Origin: an uncultured Vicinamibacteraceae bacterium
Lineage (GTDB): Bacteria > Acidobacteriota > Vicinamibacteria > Vicinamibacterales > UBA8438
DNA length: 64,000 nucleotides
Direction: 5' to 3'
NCBI GenBank assembly: GCA_964591245.1
Contig: CAZPZZ010000005.1
Coordinates: forward strand, 653-64,652
Shown here: positions 46,497-55,827 of the stretch, in pieces
How the letters are laid out: every line of letters begins with the position of its first letter
Position numbering within the stretch: position 1 is the stretch's first letter
Program-made: the position numbers and the translations under genes
The notes under the pieces: model-generated
The model's input: the letters and a program-made list of their open reading frames with translations, nothing else
Databases searched by the model: none
Told to the model about the DNA's origin: nothing

Positions 46497-48109
46497 AGTG
46501 TCCCTATAACCGAGCTGTGTGTCGGCGGGAGTAGGACCCCTGGGGCGAGTTTATTCTCTGGATCGAGTGCGTCCTTGACGGCTCGCATCTGATCGATACC
46601 TGTCGTGCCATGCAACAAGCGTAATAGTGTTTGCTTGATCGGGTTGCGTCCGACGCCGTGCTCCGCCAGAGGGCTGCCTCCCAGGCGAATCATTGCTCGC
46701 CCGCAATCGAGAATCGCTTCGTGACCTGTCACCACGTCGGCACCAGTCTGAGGTAATAGATTTGCATGAAAATTGGCATCGGAGAGGTGTCCCCAAATCG
46801 CGTAATCAAGCCCTCGTGAGTCGAAGGCGGTGCGTAGAGCCGCAAGACTTTCACTGATCATTGAAAACGGCACGACCATGTCGGTCGCGGTTTTCTCGAT
46901 CGTGCAGTCGATGGTACGTTTGGCGAACCCAACGCGGCGGTTGACTGTGTCGGGCACTGCCTCGCGTAGTGCAAGAAGTTCCTGGCACCGGGTGGTTTCA
47001 TTGGGGGCGGCCAGTTCTGTGGCGTCGAGTAATTCTTCTTCGGCCAAGAGATGGCAGAGTTGCGCGATGGGGCCAGTGGCGCCGTTGGTCGATTCGGTCA
47101 ACCCCACCTGCTCGTGGATCTGCTCGGTGGTCATGCCCGATGGGAGCTCGATTTGGGCCAGCAAGAGCGCGTCAGCGTTTTCTGGCACCGCAGTGCCGTC
47201 TTCTCGGAGCAACTCCAGGCATCGGCGGTCGAGATATTCGATGGCCGCTACGTCAAGCCCTTGCGGGTCTTGTGTTTGTCTCGTTCGGAGGGACACGTCG
47301 CGCAACTGCGACGCGACGGAGACGGCACGGGGCTCATTGTCGAGAGCAATGAGCAGGATGCTCATCTCTGAGCATCGAGGCAGGACATCCAGCGTGATGG
47401 ACGTCACGATACCCAGGGTGCCTTCCGACCCGATGAAGAGATCAATCAGATCCATCCCCGGTTCGGCGTGATAGCCGGCGGAGCATTTGGGTACCGCCGG
47501 TATCCGATAAGACGGAACCGGAATAGTGATGGTTCCGCGGCTCTGGGTGATGATCTCAAACCGTCCCTGTGCTGCCTGTATCTGTCCCCGCTCCAGGTCG
47601 AGTAGCTCTCCGGATGCGAGCATGATGGTCAGCTTCTGGACCCAGGGTCGCGTTGGACCGTACTTGAAAGTCGCAGCGCCGGCCGCGTTCGTGGAGACGA
47701 CGCCGCCGATCGTGGCGCCTTCATAGGTGGGAGTGGGGGGATACCATCGGCCAGCCATCGTGAGCGCCGTTCGGAGTTCGGCCAGCGTTACTCCAGGTTC
47801 GACCGTCACGCTTGTTCTGGCAGGAGGGGCAAGGTGGGTGAATTTGGACATGCTCAGGAGCAGTTCTCCCCTGGGCGTGGCACCGCCTGTCAGTGATGAC
47901 TGTGCACCGATCGGCAAGACGGTGCGAGCCGTGCACAGGACAGACGCAAGTTCGCTCTCATCGCGCGGAAAGGCCACGGCTGGCGCGTGGCCTCCAGGAT
48001 AGTGTGCAGCGTCTTCCAGATAGGGAGCCACATCCTGATTCAGGACAGGAGCAGGAACAGCCGCGTTTGTGGCGCGCGGCGATCTGGTCCTGATGCGATG
48101 AGTAGCCAT
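46493..48109 (-). CDS. FAD-linked oxidase (GlcD / D-lactate dehydrogenase family)
   Basis: The FAD_binding_4-like N-terminal domain reads AVAFPRDESELASVLCTARTVLPIGAQSSLTGGATP. The C-terminal oxidase domain reads GGSPLAEHGVGR. The ATG at 48109 or 48118 could be the start. Confidence 0.85.
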   Translation of the reverse strand: MATHRIRTRSPRATNAAVPAPVLNQDVAPYLEDAAHYPGGHAPAVAFPRDESELASVLCTARTVLPIGAQSSLTGGATPRGELLLSMSKFTHLAPPARTSVTVEPGVTLAELRTALTMAGRWYPPTPTYEGATIGGVVSTNAAGAATFKYGPTRPWVQKLTIMLASGELLDLERGQIQAAQGRFEIITQSRGTITIPVPSYRIPAVPKCSAGYHAEPGMDLIDLFIGSEGTLGIVTSITLDVLPRCSEMSILLIALDNEPRAVSVASQLRDVSLRTRQTQDPQGLDVAAIEYLDRRCLELLREDGTAVPENADALLLAQIELPSGMTTEQIHEQVGLTESTNGATGPIAQLCHLLAEEELLDATELAAPNETTRCQELLALREAVPDTVNRRVGFAKRTIDCTIEKTATDMVVPFSMISESLAALRTAFDSRGLDYAIWGHLSDANFHANLLPQTGADVVTGHEAILDCGRAMIRLGGSPLAEHGVGRNPIKQTLLRLLHGTTGIDQMRAVKDALDPENKLAPGVLLPPTHSSVIGTL

Positions 48110-48164
48110 TCCCGACATGATAAAGTGGAGATCGTCAATTAACGATTCAATAAAGGTGCTTCTC

Positions 48165-49202
48165 ATGTTGCAGCGGCTTAGTGTCCTCTGTGTCGTCGTA
48201 GCGGTTTCGGCCGCTTGCGGCGCTCCCACGCTCGCGCAGTCGGATGGTCAGACTGAAAGTGCGGTCGTGGCCTCGGTAGGCGATCGTATGGTGACGATGG
48301 ACGATCTAGATGCTGCATGGCGCAGCAACGATGCGGGATCTCGTTTGCGGATGCTCCAGGAGCTATACGAGACACGCCGTCGTACGCTGGATGTCGTTGT
48401 CGGGGAAATCTTGGTCGAGCGTGAGGCGATTGCACGTGGCACGTCCCGAGATGAATTGTTGGCGCAGGAACTTCCGTCGCGGACCCCGCCGGTGACCGAC
48501 GAGGAGATCTCTCTGGTGTACCAGCAAAATCGAAACTCGTTTCCCGGACAGACGGAAGAACAGCTGGCGCCCCAGATTCGGGCGTTTCTAGAGCAGCAGC
48601 GCCCCATGCAGGCGCTCCATGCCTACATGAACGAACTCCGGGATTCAGCAGCGAACGACATTCGTATTGAGCTTGAGCCGCCGCGGACAGAGGTGTCGGT
48701 GGAGGCAGGTGATCCGGTATTTGGCCCAGACAGTGCTCGTGTCGAAATCATCGAGTTCTCTGATTTCCAGTGTCCGTATTGCCAACGGCTGACGGAGACG
48801 TTGCAGGAGCTGAAAGAGGAATACGGCGACGACATTCGCCTCGTATTCAAGGATTATCCACTCCCGAACCATGCTGAAGCGTTCAAGGCAGCTGAAGCCG
48901 GTCTGTGCGCGAATGAGCAGGGGAAATTCTGGGAACTTCATGACGCGATGTTCGAAAATCAAAACGAACTTGGCGTTGATGCGTTGAAGCGGCAGGTTGG
49001 AGCGCTTGGTCTCGACCAGGCGGCTTTTGATAGCTGTTTAGACAGCGACCGGTTTGCCGATGAGGTGCGGGCTGATTTGTTGCAAGGCCAAGGGCTCGGT
49101 GTGAGTTCCACGCCGACCGTCTTCGTGAATGGACGGGCCGTGTTGGGAGCTGCGCCGTTTGCGACGTTCGACCAGATCATTCGAGAAGAATTGGCCCGGT
49201 AG
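48165..49202 (+). CDS. DsbA-family thiol:disulfide oxidoreductase lipoprotein
   Basis: MLQRLSVLCVVVAVSAACG contains a lipobox. The thioredoxin domain reads IIEFSDFQCPYCQRL...FKDYPLPNHAEAFKAAEAGLCA. Confidence 0.85.
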   Translation: MLQRLSVLCVVVAVSAACGAPTLAQSDGQTESAVVASVGDRMVTMDDLDAAWRSNDAGSRLRMLQELYETRRRTLDVVVGEILVEREAIARGTSRDELLAQELPSRTPPVTDEEISLVYQQNRNSFPGQTEEQLAPQIRAFLEQQRPMQALHAYMNELRDSAANDIRIELEPPRTEVSVEAGDPVFGPDSARVEIIEFSDFQCPYCQRLTETLQELKEEYGDDIRLVFKDYPLPNHAEAFKAAEAGLCANEQGKFWELHDAMFENQNELGVDALKRQVGALGLDQAAFDSCLDSDRFADEVRADLLQGQGLGVSSTPTVFVNGRAVLGAAPFATFDQIIREELAR

Positions 49203-49244
49203 GCGTCATACGACGAATGCCACACGTGTGGTCCCGTACAATCG

Positions 49245-49288
49245 AAGGGCCGTCCCCCGTTCATCAACAAGAACAGAGGACGGCCCTT
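49245..49288. terminator. Hairpin between the convergent dsbA-like and coxB genes
   Basis: AAGGGCCGTCC (49245-49255), a 22-nt loop, then GGACGGCCCTT (49278-49288). The stem is a perfect 11 bp. The flanking U-tract is weak. Confidence 0.45.
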
Positions 49289-49311
49289 GGTCTTTCGAGA
49301 GCGCCCAAGAA

Positions 49312-50064
49312 TCAATCAGCTGCTGCAGCGAGACGCGCCCCCTCCTCTGCCAGGAAGGCATCGTAGTCACTTGCTTCCATGATGCTCACAAACCCGCGCA
49401 TGCGATAGTGTCCGAGTCCACACAGTTGTGAGCAGTTGATCTCGAATTCACCGGTCTCGGTGGGCTGCCACCAGACGGGAATCTCCATACCGGGAATGGC
49501 GTCCTGCTTCACCCGCATTTCCAGGATTGCGAAGCTGTGAATGACGTCCATTGTCGTCAAATACACGATAACTGGATCGTCGACCGGTAGATTCAGCTGG
49601 TTGATGGTGTGGATGTCATCCGCTCCTGCTGGGTCGGCCCGGTCTAGCCCGATCGCGTTGGTTGAGGTGATCAGACTTGAGTCCCGACGTCCGAATCGGC
49701 CGTCGGGGCCTGGATAGACAGAATGCCATTCAAATTGTTTGGCGATTACGTGTACGACCGTGGCGCCATCCTCAGGTGGGAACGCATTGACCCGGGTGGC
49801 CCAGGCCGGGATGGCGAACGCCAGTAGGATGATCGCTTCGATGACCGCGACGGCACCTTCAAGGTAGCTTGATGTGTGACTCTTGACGCCGGCGTAATCC
49901 GCTGTCGGGTTGGCCGACGCGCGGAAGCGGATGAGGGTGTAGACGAAGAAGATCCCCCAACCCACGAATAACGCCAGCATGAGCCAGTGAATGATAACGA
50001 TGATTCGGTCGATTTCGGCGGCGTGGGCCGAGGCCTGCAACGGCAGTCCCAGTAACTCCTGCAT
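49312..50064 (-). CDS. coxB: Cytochrome c oxidase subunit II (no fused cytochrome c domain)
   Basis: Two N-terminal TM helices are present. The CuA motif is HSFAILEM...CSQLCGLGHYRM. Confidence 0.9.
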   Translation of the reverse strand: MQELLGLPLQASAHAAEIDRIIVIIHWLMLALFVGWGIFFVYTLIRFRASANPTADYAGVKSHTSSYLEGAVAVIEAIILLAFAIPAWATRVNAFPPEDGATVVHVIAKQFEWHSVYPGPDGRFGRRDSSLITSTNAIGLDRADPAGADDIHTINQLNLPVDDPVIVYLTTMDVIHSFAILEMRVKQDAIPGMEIPVWWQPTETGEFEINCSQLCGLGHYRMRGFVSIMEASDYDAFLAEEGARLAAAAD

Positions 50065-50340
50065 CTAGACACTCCTAGAAGCTTGGCGCGAGTGAGAGAA
50101 CTCAATCCGCTCACCCAGCGCTAGCCGTGATCGTTTCACCAAGTAAAGAAAGAAGCCCGCAAACGCGGCGAGCATCGCTAGTGTGACACCCAGCAGTAAT
50201 AGGATTCCCCAACTGGCGCCGATTGCCATTGGTGAGTTCGGGTCGCCGAAGCAGACCGGGCACGCCCATGCGCGCGCGGGCCATGCCGCCAGCAGTGTTG
50301 CCACCAGGCAGATTTGGCGAAGGGGGTTGAAAATTGTCAT
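50065..50340 (-). CDS. Small membrane protein with CPVC motif, cox-operon embedded
   Basis: ATG at 50340. The product is MTIFNPLRQICLVATLLAAWPARAWA-CPVC-FGDPNSP followed by one TM helix. The stop abuts the coxB ATG. Confidence 0.5.
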   Translation of the reverse strand: MTIFNPLRQICLVATLLAAWPARAWACPVCFGDPNSPMAIGASWGILLLLGVTLAMLAAFAGFFLYLVKRSRLALGERIEFSHSRQASRSV

Positions 50341-50351
50341 CGCATCACCCT

Positions 50352-50558
50352 TTAGTACCCGATTTCTCTTGTCTTTTGTACGAACCGCGCAAGGTATAAC
50401 GCCAGAAGTCCCGCTGCGACAAAAGCGCCCACGGCCGTGACAATGTGCCAACTCGTGCCGCGGTCAGACGCGTACGTAAATCCGCCCCACAACGACATCA
50501 GCAGCGAGAGGCTGATCGACGCGATGATGAAGAGCAGGTGGAAACTTCGCAGTGACAC
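50352..50558 (-). CDS. Small two-TM membrane protein, cox-operon embedded
   Basis: The 68-aa ORF begins directly after the subunit IV stop. It forms two hydrophobic helices (LLFIIASISLSLLMSLWGG; IVTAVGAFVAAGLLALYLA). Confidence 0.5.
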   Translation of the reverse strand: MSLRSFHLLFIIASISLSLLMSLWGGFTYASDRGTSWHIVTAVGAFVAAGLLALYLARFVQKTREIGY

Positions 50559-50912
50559 CTAGTGGGCCTCTTCTACGTGCGCAGGCGCGTTCGCGTTCGG
50601 CAAGGTGCGAGGCACTCCAAAATTGTCGGAATGTACCAAGAGAGGCACGAACATCAACACAATCCAGAACACCACCGTCAGCCCCAAGGTAAACAGGAGC
50701 CAGGGACTGCGTTCGTCAATCAGGTGCATGAAGAAGCTGACGACGAGAGAGCCCTTGGTTGTTGCGATGATCAGGGCGAGGGTGATGCCCAGGGCGACCC
50801 CGATGTCAATATATGACGCGAGCACCGTCACCACGGTCAGAACAGCGAGCGAGCCGCCCACCTTCTTGTATGTTTCGACGTGTTTTCTTGTTTCTTCAGC
50901 ACTACCGCTCAT
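50559..50912 (-). CDS. Prokaryotic cytochrome c oxidase subunit IV family protein
   Basis: GGAGG RBS, then ATG at 50912. The product reads ...KHVETYKKVGGSLAVLTVVTVLASY...SLVVSFFMHL, the COX4_pro pattern. Confidence 0.7.
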   Translation of the reverse strand: MSGSAEETRKHVETYKKVGGSLAVLTVVTVLASYIDIGVALGITLALIIATTKGSLVVSFFMHLIDERSPWLLFTLGLTVVFWIVLMFVPLLVHSDNFGVPRTLPNANAPAHVEEAH

Positions 50913-50981
50913 AACGCCTCCAAACACTCGACGTGGTCACGCGCTACGTCAGACCACGTCGCTTCACCCTGTGCTTCGATG

Positions 50982-51572
50982 CTACAGGAGGTACAGCACG
51001 GGGAACAGGAAGATCCAGACCAAATCGACGAAGTGCCAGTACAAGCCAGCCGCTTCGACCCGGTTCTCGAACATCTCCCGTTTCGTATGCCACATCTTGC
51101 TTCCAGGGCCCCAGAAGTAACCGTTTACGACTACCCCTCCGAGGATGTGTATCCCGTGCAAGGCGGTCATGGTCCAGTAGATGGCCAGGAACGTGTTGTG
51201 ATCAGGAAGATGAGCGTGCGAGATTTTCTCGTAGTACTCGAAACTCTTGACCGCCAGGAATACCAGGGCAAGAACGACCGTTGCCCCCATGTACGTCTTG
51301 AACTTGGCAAACTCGTTCAGTTTCAGGGACGCATGCGCCATGACCATGGTGACGCTCGACCCGATGAGCACGGCGGTGTTGAAAGTGCCGATGGGGATGT
51401 TCACATACTCCGCCCCGAGGGGCCACTCGAGTGCGCCGACCCTCAGGATGACGTAGGTCGAGAACAAGCCGCCGAAGAGCATGACCTCTGAGGCGAGGAA
51501 CAGCCAGATGCCAAGCTTGACGTTATTCAGCCCGGTATCAGGCCGTGCCGCTACGGTATAGGGGATTTCCAT
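50982..51572 (-). CDS. coxC: Cytochrome c oxidase subunit III
   Basis: From the ATG at 51572 the product reads MEIPYTVAARPDTGLNNVKLGIWLFLASEVMLFGGLFSTY...ALHGIHILGG...YWHFVDLVWIFLFPVLYL. Confidence 0.9.
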   Translation of the reverse strand: MEIPYTVAARPDTGLNNVKLGIWLFLASEVMLFGGLFSTYVILRVGALEWPLGAEYVNIPIGTFNTAVLIGSSVTMVMAHASLKLNEFAKFKTYMGATVVLALVFLAVKSFEYYEKISHAHLPDHNTFLAIYWTMTALHGIHILGGVVVNGYFWGPGSKMWHTKREMFENRVEAAGLYWHFVDLVWIFLFPVLYLL

Positions 51573-51577
51573 GCTCG

Positions 51578-53368
51578 TTATCCCTTGGCGGGTGACGGGT
51601 CGGCGTCTGCGCCCGCTCCCTGCATGACGAAGTCGCTGGATGCTCCAGGCACACTGTATTCGTAGGGGCCACGGTGCACTTCGGGCGGCGTCGTGAAATT
51701 CCCGTGTGGCGGCGGTGACGGTGTCTGCCACTCGAGTGTGGTTGATTGCCAGGGGTTGTCGTCTACCTGTTTTCCGTTTCGAATGCTCCAGAAGAAGTTG
51801 AAGATGAAGAAGATCTGGAAGAATCCGAGTGCCCAGGCGCCGTACGACATGACCGCGTTCCAGCCCATCACTTCCTGCGCGTGGGCGTACGTCATACCCC
51901 CGTCATAGAGTCGTCGGTTGACACCAGCGAGCCCCGTGATGAACATCGGCATGAAGACGAACTGTATCGCTACGAACGAGCCCCAGAAGTGAATTTTACC
52001 GAGGATTTCGCTCATCACCCGGCCGGTAGCCTTCGGGTACCAGTAGTAGATGCCTGCGAACAGGGCAAAGATCGTTCCCGGTGCGACGACGTAGTGGAAG
52101 TGTCCGATGACGTACTGGGTGTCGTGGAAGTGTAGATCAGGCGCTGTCAAGCCCAGCGGCAAACCCGTGAGTCCGCCGATGGCGAACATCGGCAGAAACG
52201 CGAGCGCAAAGAGCATCGGAACCGGATAGCGGATCGATCCACCATAGAGGGAGATCAGTAGAGCCGACAGAATGACGACTGATGGTACCGAAATGATCAT
52301 CGTGGTCGTCTGGAAGAACGAACTCATTGTCGTGCCCATGCCAGTCATGAACATGTGATGTGCCCAGACCACGAATGACATGAAACCCAGAAAGATGACC
52401 GAGTAGACCAGTGCGCGATAGCCCCACAGCGGCTTCCTGGTGTTATTGGCGATGACCTCGGCCACGATACCCATCGCGGGCAGGATCAACACATACACTT
52501 CAGGGTGAGCCAAGAACCAGAAGAGGTGCTGCCAGAGTAGCGGGCTGCCGCCACCACTGTAGGGTAGAACCTGATCCGTGACGACGAGCCCACTGGGCAT
52601 GAAGAAACTTGTCTCGGCCACGCGGTCCATGAGCTGCAGGACGCCCGCTGCTTGCAGTGGCGGAAACGCCAGCAGTAGCAAGAATGAGGTCACGAGCTGG
52701 GCCCACACGAAGAACGGCAACCGCATGAAGCTGAGGCCTGGGGCGCGAAGCTGCAAGGTTGTCACGATAAAATTGACAGAGCCGAGCAGCGACGACGCGA
52801 TCAGGAAGAGCATGCCGATCAGCCACCACGTTTGCCCCTGGGTGGCAATGACGGAGAGTGGTGCGTAAGACGTCCATCCGGAGTTGGCAGCGCCGCCCGG
52901 GACGAAGAAGCTGGCGAACATAACCACGCCACCGAGGAAGAAGGACCAATAGCTGGCCATATTCAACCGCGGAAAGGCCATATCAGGTGCGCCGATCTGC
53001 AGGGGTAGCACGTAGTTGCCAAATCCGCCGACGGCGAGCGGAACGACCCCGAGGAAGACCATGATCGTGCCGTGCATCGCCCCGAGCTGGTTGTAGAACT
53101 CAGGGAGCATGATGCCCCCGGGCGCGTTCGCTTGCCCGAGGAAGGTGCCGATTACCGGAATCGGTTGACCGGGGAACGCCAGCTGCCATCTCATCAGCAT
53201 CATCAGTGAGAAGCCGAAGAGCAGAAACAGCATTGCGGTGATGGCGTACTGAATGCCGATCACCTTGTGGTCGAGCGAGAAGACGTAGGTCCGAAGAAAA
53301 GTCGACTCGTGCGCATCGTGACCGTGGTCGGCGTGCGCAACTTGATCGGCGGTGGCCACGTTATCCAA
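51578..53368 (-). CDS. coxA: Cytochrome c oxidase subunit I
   Basis: Carries DHKVIGIQY, PDMAFPRLN, WQHLFWFLAHPEVYVLILP, VWAHHMF and GHFHYV. AAAGGAG lies 8 nt before the TTG at 53368. An alternative GTG start is at 53359. Confidence 0.95.
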   Translation of the reverse strand: MDNVATADQVAHADHGHDAHESTFLRTYVFSLDHKVIGIQYAITAMLFLLFGFSLMMLMRWQLAFPGQPIPVIGTFLGQANAPGGIMLPEFYNQLGAMHGTIMVFLGVVPLAVGGFGNYVLPLQIGAPDMAFPRLNMASYWSFFLGGVVMFASFFVPGGAANSGWTSYAPLSVIATQGQTWWLIGMLFLIASSLLGSVNFIVTTLQLRAPGLSFMRLPFFVWAQLVTSFLLLLAFPPLQAAGVLQLMDRVAETSFFMPSGLVVTDQVLPYSGGGSPLLWQHLFWFLAHPEVYVLILPAMGIVAEVIANNTRKPLWGYRALVYSVIFLGFMSFVVWAHHMFMTGMGTTMSSFFQTTTMIISVPSVVILSALLISLYGGSIRYPVPMLFALAFLPMFAIGGLTGLPLGLTAPDLHFHDTQYVIGHFHYVVAPGTIFALFAGIYYWYPKATGRVMSEILGKIHFWGSFVAIQFVFMPMFITGLAGVNRRLYDGGMTYAHAQEVMGWNAVMSYGAWALGFFQIFFIFNFFWSIRNGKQVDDNPWQSTTLEWQTPSPPPHGNFTTPPEVHRGPYEYSVPGASSDFVMQGAGADADPSPAKG

Positions 53369-53829
53369 CGTCGTGACTCCTTTCTAAATGCTCACATTTA
53401 CATAAATGCGAACACACCTGCCCATATTCCCACCAGACGGAATATCCGCCGGGTTGAGATGTACGGGCGGGACGCATTTCAGCGCCCAAGAGCGCATGCG
53501 CACCCTGGGGAGCGTGCACCCGTAAGTCCCGAATTATCGCTAATTACAGGACGGATTCTGACAACAACGTGAGGGGGCTGATATTCCGATCCCTGATTTT
53601 GTACGCTACGCGACAAAGATCCTCACTTCCGCGTAATTCTATCGATGGCGTAAGACGCGTGCAACCCTTCCCTTTCGTTGGTGGCGGCGCGGACTTTTTA
53701 CACCCGTGACCAGGTAGGGATTGACGTGGTTGGTGGGTTGACGCCTGTTCGGGGTCGTGCAGGTCGTCCTTGTAGGCAGATATACTGGCTTCTGATTTTC
53801 GGTAAGCGCCGTGATATGTGACAGCATCC

Positions 53830-53970
53830 ATGCCTGAACCTGTGGTGAAGACCCGACTCATCGATACCAGCGGCGACCAACCTCTGGCGGGCACCTTTGT
53901 GGCCGTGGTGGTGGTCGAAGCTGTCGTGTTGATCGGACTTTGGTTGTTCTCGCGGTATTTTTCCAGCTGA
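53830..53970 (+). CDS. Possible 46-aa single-TM peptide upstream of the SSS transporter
   Basis: ATG at 53830. The product is MPEPVVKTRLIDTSGDQPLAGTFVAVVVVEAVVLIGLWLFSRYFSS with stop at 53968-53970. It ends 32 nt before the symporter ATG and is too short for the ORF track. Confidence 0.3.
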   Translation: MPEPVVKTRLIDTSGDQPLAGTFVAVVVVEAVVLIGLWLFSRYFSS

Positions 53971-54002
53971 CAACGAGCTGAACGCTATTTTTTGGGATAT
54001 CA

Positions 54003-55697
54003 ATGCATCCCCTGGATTGGACCATCATCCTTGCCTACTTGACGTGGGTCATCTACGACGGACTCCGAAGGTCTCGGAATACCGATGCGGTCGAGGGGTA
54101 CTTCCTGGCCGGTCGATCGTTGCCGTGGTGGGCGGTTGGGCTGTCGGTGATGGCGACCCAGATGAGTGCCATCACACTTGTTGGCACCACCGGACAGGGC
54201 TATGCCGATGGGATGCGGTTCGTACAGTTCTACTTCGGCCTCCCGGTCGCGATGATCATCCTGTCGGTCACGCTCGTTCCATTCTTCTACCGGGCGAAGG
54301 TATTTACAGCGTACGAGTATCTGGAAAAGCGCTTCGACGCCAAAACGAGGGTCTTGGCGGGGCTGCTGTTCTTGGTGTCTCGGGGGTTGGCCGTGGGTGT
54401 CATCATCTCGGCGCCCGCGGTGGTCCTGTCGATCGTGTTGGGGTGGAATCTGGCGCTTACGGCCCTCGCCATCGGGGTGCCCACGACGGTCTACACCATG
54501 TTCGGTGGTGTGCAGGCGGTCACCTGGGCCGATGTGAAGCAGATGGGCGTAATCGTCGTCGGCGTGCTCGCGGCCGTCGTCATCCTGGTGCTCGGGCTTC
54601 CAGAGGATGTGAGTCTCGGAGAGGCGCTACGACTGGCTGGCGCGACCGAGCGTCTCACGACCATCGATTTCAGTCTTGATCTCAACGAGACCTATACGTT
54701 TTGGTCAGGACTTCTGGGTGGGTTGTTCTTGATGCTGGGCTACTTCGGCTGCGATCAGAGCCAAGTCCAGCGCTACCTTACGGCACAGTCGGTAGGCGCC
54801 GGTCGCCGGTCGTTGTTGATGAGTGCGTTCTGGAAGATTCCGCTGCAGGCTCTCATCTTGCTGACCGGCGTACTGGTGTTCATCTTCTATCTGTTCAATG
54901 AACCCCCCATGCTTTTCAATGCGGCGCATGAGGACCGGATTCGTTCCGGTCCACGGGCGACGGAGTACGGGGTGCTCGAGTCGGAATTCGGGGAAGCGTT
55001 TCGTGCGCGGCGTGCCGCCGCCGACCGGATGTTGGCGGTCGGTAATGAAGGGAATGGCGACGCGCTCGCCGTATCGAGATCTGGATTCGTAGAGAGTCAA
55101 CGTCGGGTCGAGGCGGTTCGTGAGCGCGCGGTGGAGCTCGTTCGGGAGGAGAGTGGGGACGCCGCCTACAATGACGTCAATTATGTGTTTCCCACATTTA
55201 TCACAACCAGTCTACCCATCGGGTTGGTGGGTTTGCTCATTGCGGCAGTGTTTGCGGCAGCAATGTCCAGTATCGCGGCAGAACTCAATGCGTTGTCGGC
55301 AGCGACCGTCATCGACTTTTATCGTCGACACGTCCGTCCCGGAAATACAGACCGCCACTATCTCTTCATCTCGAAGCTCGCGACCGCATTCTGGGGGCTG
55401 TTCGCGACTGGGTTTGCCCTTTATGCGGCTAACTTCGGCTCGCTGATCGAGGTCGTAAACCGTGTTGGATCATATTTTTACGGCTCACTGCTTGGAGTTT
55501 TCGTACTGGCCATTGCCTTTCCCAAGACCACGGCAAACGGCGCATTCTGGGGGTTGCTCGCTGGAATGGTGACCGTTGGAATTGTTGAGGCCACAACAGA
55601 GATCTCCTTTATCTGGTACAACATCGTCGGTACGGTGGCTGTTGTGGTGGTCGGTGTCGGCATGCGTCTCGTGCGAGTCCCAAGACAGGCCAGTTGA
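54003..55697 (+). CDS. Sodium:solute symporter (SSS) family transporter
   Basis: [37 protein letters not shown] is the SSS signature. The protein is polytopic and has a ~90-aa cytoplasmic insert. Confidence 0.85.
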   Translation: MHPLDWTIILAYLTWVIYDGLRRSRNTDAVEGYFLAGRSLPWWAVGLSVMATQMSAITLVGTTGQGYADGMRFVQFYFGLPVAMIILSVTLVPFFYRAKVFTAYEYLEKRFDAKTRVLAGLLFLVSRGLAVGVIISAPAVVLSIVLGWNLALTALAIGVPTTVYTMFGGVQAVTWADVKQMGVIVVGVLAAVVILVLGLPEDVSLGEALRLAGATERLTTIDFSLDLNETYTFWSGLLGGLFLMLGYFGCDQSQVQRYLTAQSVGAGRRSLLMSAFWKIPLQALILLTGVLVFIFYLFNEPPMLFNAAHEDRIRSGPRATEYGVLESEFGEAFRARRAAADRMLAVGNEGNGDALAVSRSGFVESQRRVEAVRERAVELVREESGDAAYNDVNYVFPTFITTSLPIGLVGLLIAAVFAAAMSSIAAELNALSAATVIDFYRRHVRPGNTDRHYLFISKLATAFWGLFATGFALYAANFGSLIEVVNRVGSYFYGSLLGVFVLAIAFPKTTANGAFWGLLAGMVTVGIVEATTEISFIWYNIVGTVAVVVVGVGMRLVRVPRQAS

Positions 55698-55704
55698 GGT
55701 TGTC

Positions 55705-55730
55705 AGGCCCCGTGTTTTGGGCCTTTCTGT
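55705..55730 (+). terminator. Rho-independent terminator after the symporter
   Basis: AGGCCC-CGTGTTTT-GGGCCT is followed by TTCTGT. Confidence 0.55.
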
Positions 55731-55827
55731 GATATCTTTATATACGACCAATCTGGTCGCCAATGAATAGAAATCCCAGCGCTTGACAAGATTGTTGAGA
55801 GCGCGGTCTGTCTGCCGAGAGAATCTC

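Noticed and set aside
55785-55790. TTGACA hexamer upstream of sufB as a promoter -35 element
   Set aside because: No acceptable -10 hexamer follows at 16-18 nt (GTCTGT), so the promoter call is unsupported.
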